NCBI GenBank assembly: GCA_951406725.2
Contig: OX597815.1
Coordinates: forward strand, 162,378,001-162,442,000
Source of the DNA: Octopus vulgaris
Lineage: Eukaryota
Direction of reading: 5' to 3'
Length of the DNA stretch: 64,000 nucleotides
Shown one piece after another: positions 62,890-64,000 of this stretch. Position 1 is the first letter of the stretch; every line of letters starts with the position of its first letter. The notes below the pieces were generated by a model. The model was not told the origin of the DNA and did not search any database. It saw only the letters and a program-made list of their open reading frames with translations. The translations under genes were made by a program, and so were the position numbers.

Positions 62890-63482
62890 CCTTGATTTCA
62901 AGTGGTAGTAGTAAAGCGAATGTCACCATCATGGAAGTGGTGTCCTTTGTTTAGTCTTCTGTGAAAGCACATCTGGTTGTGGGGAAAATATTACCTAACA
63001 TGGGAACAGGTGAAAGCAGGCAACAGGAAGGGCATCCAGCTATAGAAAATCCACCTCGGCAAATTCCATCTGACCTATGCAAGCATGGAAAAACGGATAC
63101 TAAAATGATGATGATGATGATGATGTGGTGCACCTGAGTACTGTATGCAATAATTTCATTATTATTATTAGATGCTGGTGGCACGTAAAAAGCACCAACC
63201 GATTGTGGAAGTTGCCAGCCTCCCCTGGCACCTGTGCTGGTAGCACGTAAAAAGCACCAACCGATCGTGGAAGTTGCCAGCCTCCCCTGGCACCTGTGCT
63301 GGTGGCACGTAAAAAGCACCCACTACACTCACGGAGTGGTTGCCGTTAGGAAGGGCATCCAGCTGTAGAAACACTGCCAGATCAGGCTGGAGCCTGGTGC
63401 AGCCTCCTGGCTTCCCACACCCCGGTTGAACCGTCCAGCCCATGCTAGCATGGAAAATGGACGTTAAATGATGATGATGATG
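62890..63482 (+). mobile_element. Two RTE-related SINE-like 3' ends (62890-63125 and 63170-63482) with (ATG)n tails
   Basis: AGGAAGGGCATCCAGCT...CATGGAAAA...AAATGATGATG in both. Confidence 0.65.
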
Positions 63483-63769
63483 TAGCATTTTGAAATCGCT
63501 CCCCAAAATTCAAATCATTGTATTAGTCTCACCTTGTTTGAACAATATTAGAAGCCATGTCTACACAAATGTAGTGGCTTTCACTCTTTTCCAGACTGAG
63601 TGATAATTACAAGCCTTGTCTCTATCATGTAGTGGTTTACATGATAGCAACATCAGGATATCAACACCAGATATGATTAATATCAGAGAACATCCATCAC
63701 CCTTTTCAAATTTTAATAGTCATGTTCAAATGTACACAAATGCAGATATCAATATATGTGCATGTGTAT

Positions 63770-63872
63770 ATACATACATACATACATACATACATACATA
63801 CACACACAGACATACATACATACATACATACATACATACATACATACATACATACGTACATACATACGTACA

Positions 63873-63904
<32 letters not shown>

Positions 63905-63920
63905 CACACACACACACATA
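63770..63920. repeat. (TACA)n microsatellite
   Basis: Read directly. Confidence 0.95.
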
Positions 63921-64000
63921 CATGTATGTATATGTATATAAAAATATATGTATGAACACACAGGTGCATATATATGTAGATATGCAAATATGCTCTCACA

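Overview
AT-rich, repeat-saturated eukaryotic DNA. The SINE families and (TACA)n/(AAT)n microsatellites suggest an octopod cephalopod; this is inference, not a database result. No intact host protein-coding gene can be supported, and most ORFs in the track are microsatellite artefacts. The window holds many tRNA-derived SINEs of at least three families; LINE fragments of the CR1, RTE, R4/Dong and L1/Tx1 clades; Helitron and Helentron-type non-autonomous elements; Merlin-like, hAT-like and mariner MITEs or relics; and several long fold-backs. The most striking structure lies at 15951-22365. A Helentron-associated (HINE/DINE-1-like) element is split at its 3' subterminal repeat by four head-to-tail insertions from two families. 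These encode only a Tx1/L1-type ORF1 (RRM-like + CCHC knuckle) with no RT, and each is bounded by duplicated host target (GGACGTTGGTGTTG...). Their 3' tails resemble the tails of a Tx1 LINE fragment and of the dominant SINE family in the window. This suggests a site-specific Tx1-driven network of LINE, ORF1-only 'half-LINE', mini-derivative and SINE that targets other transposons.
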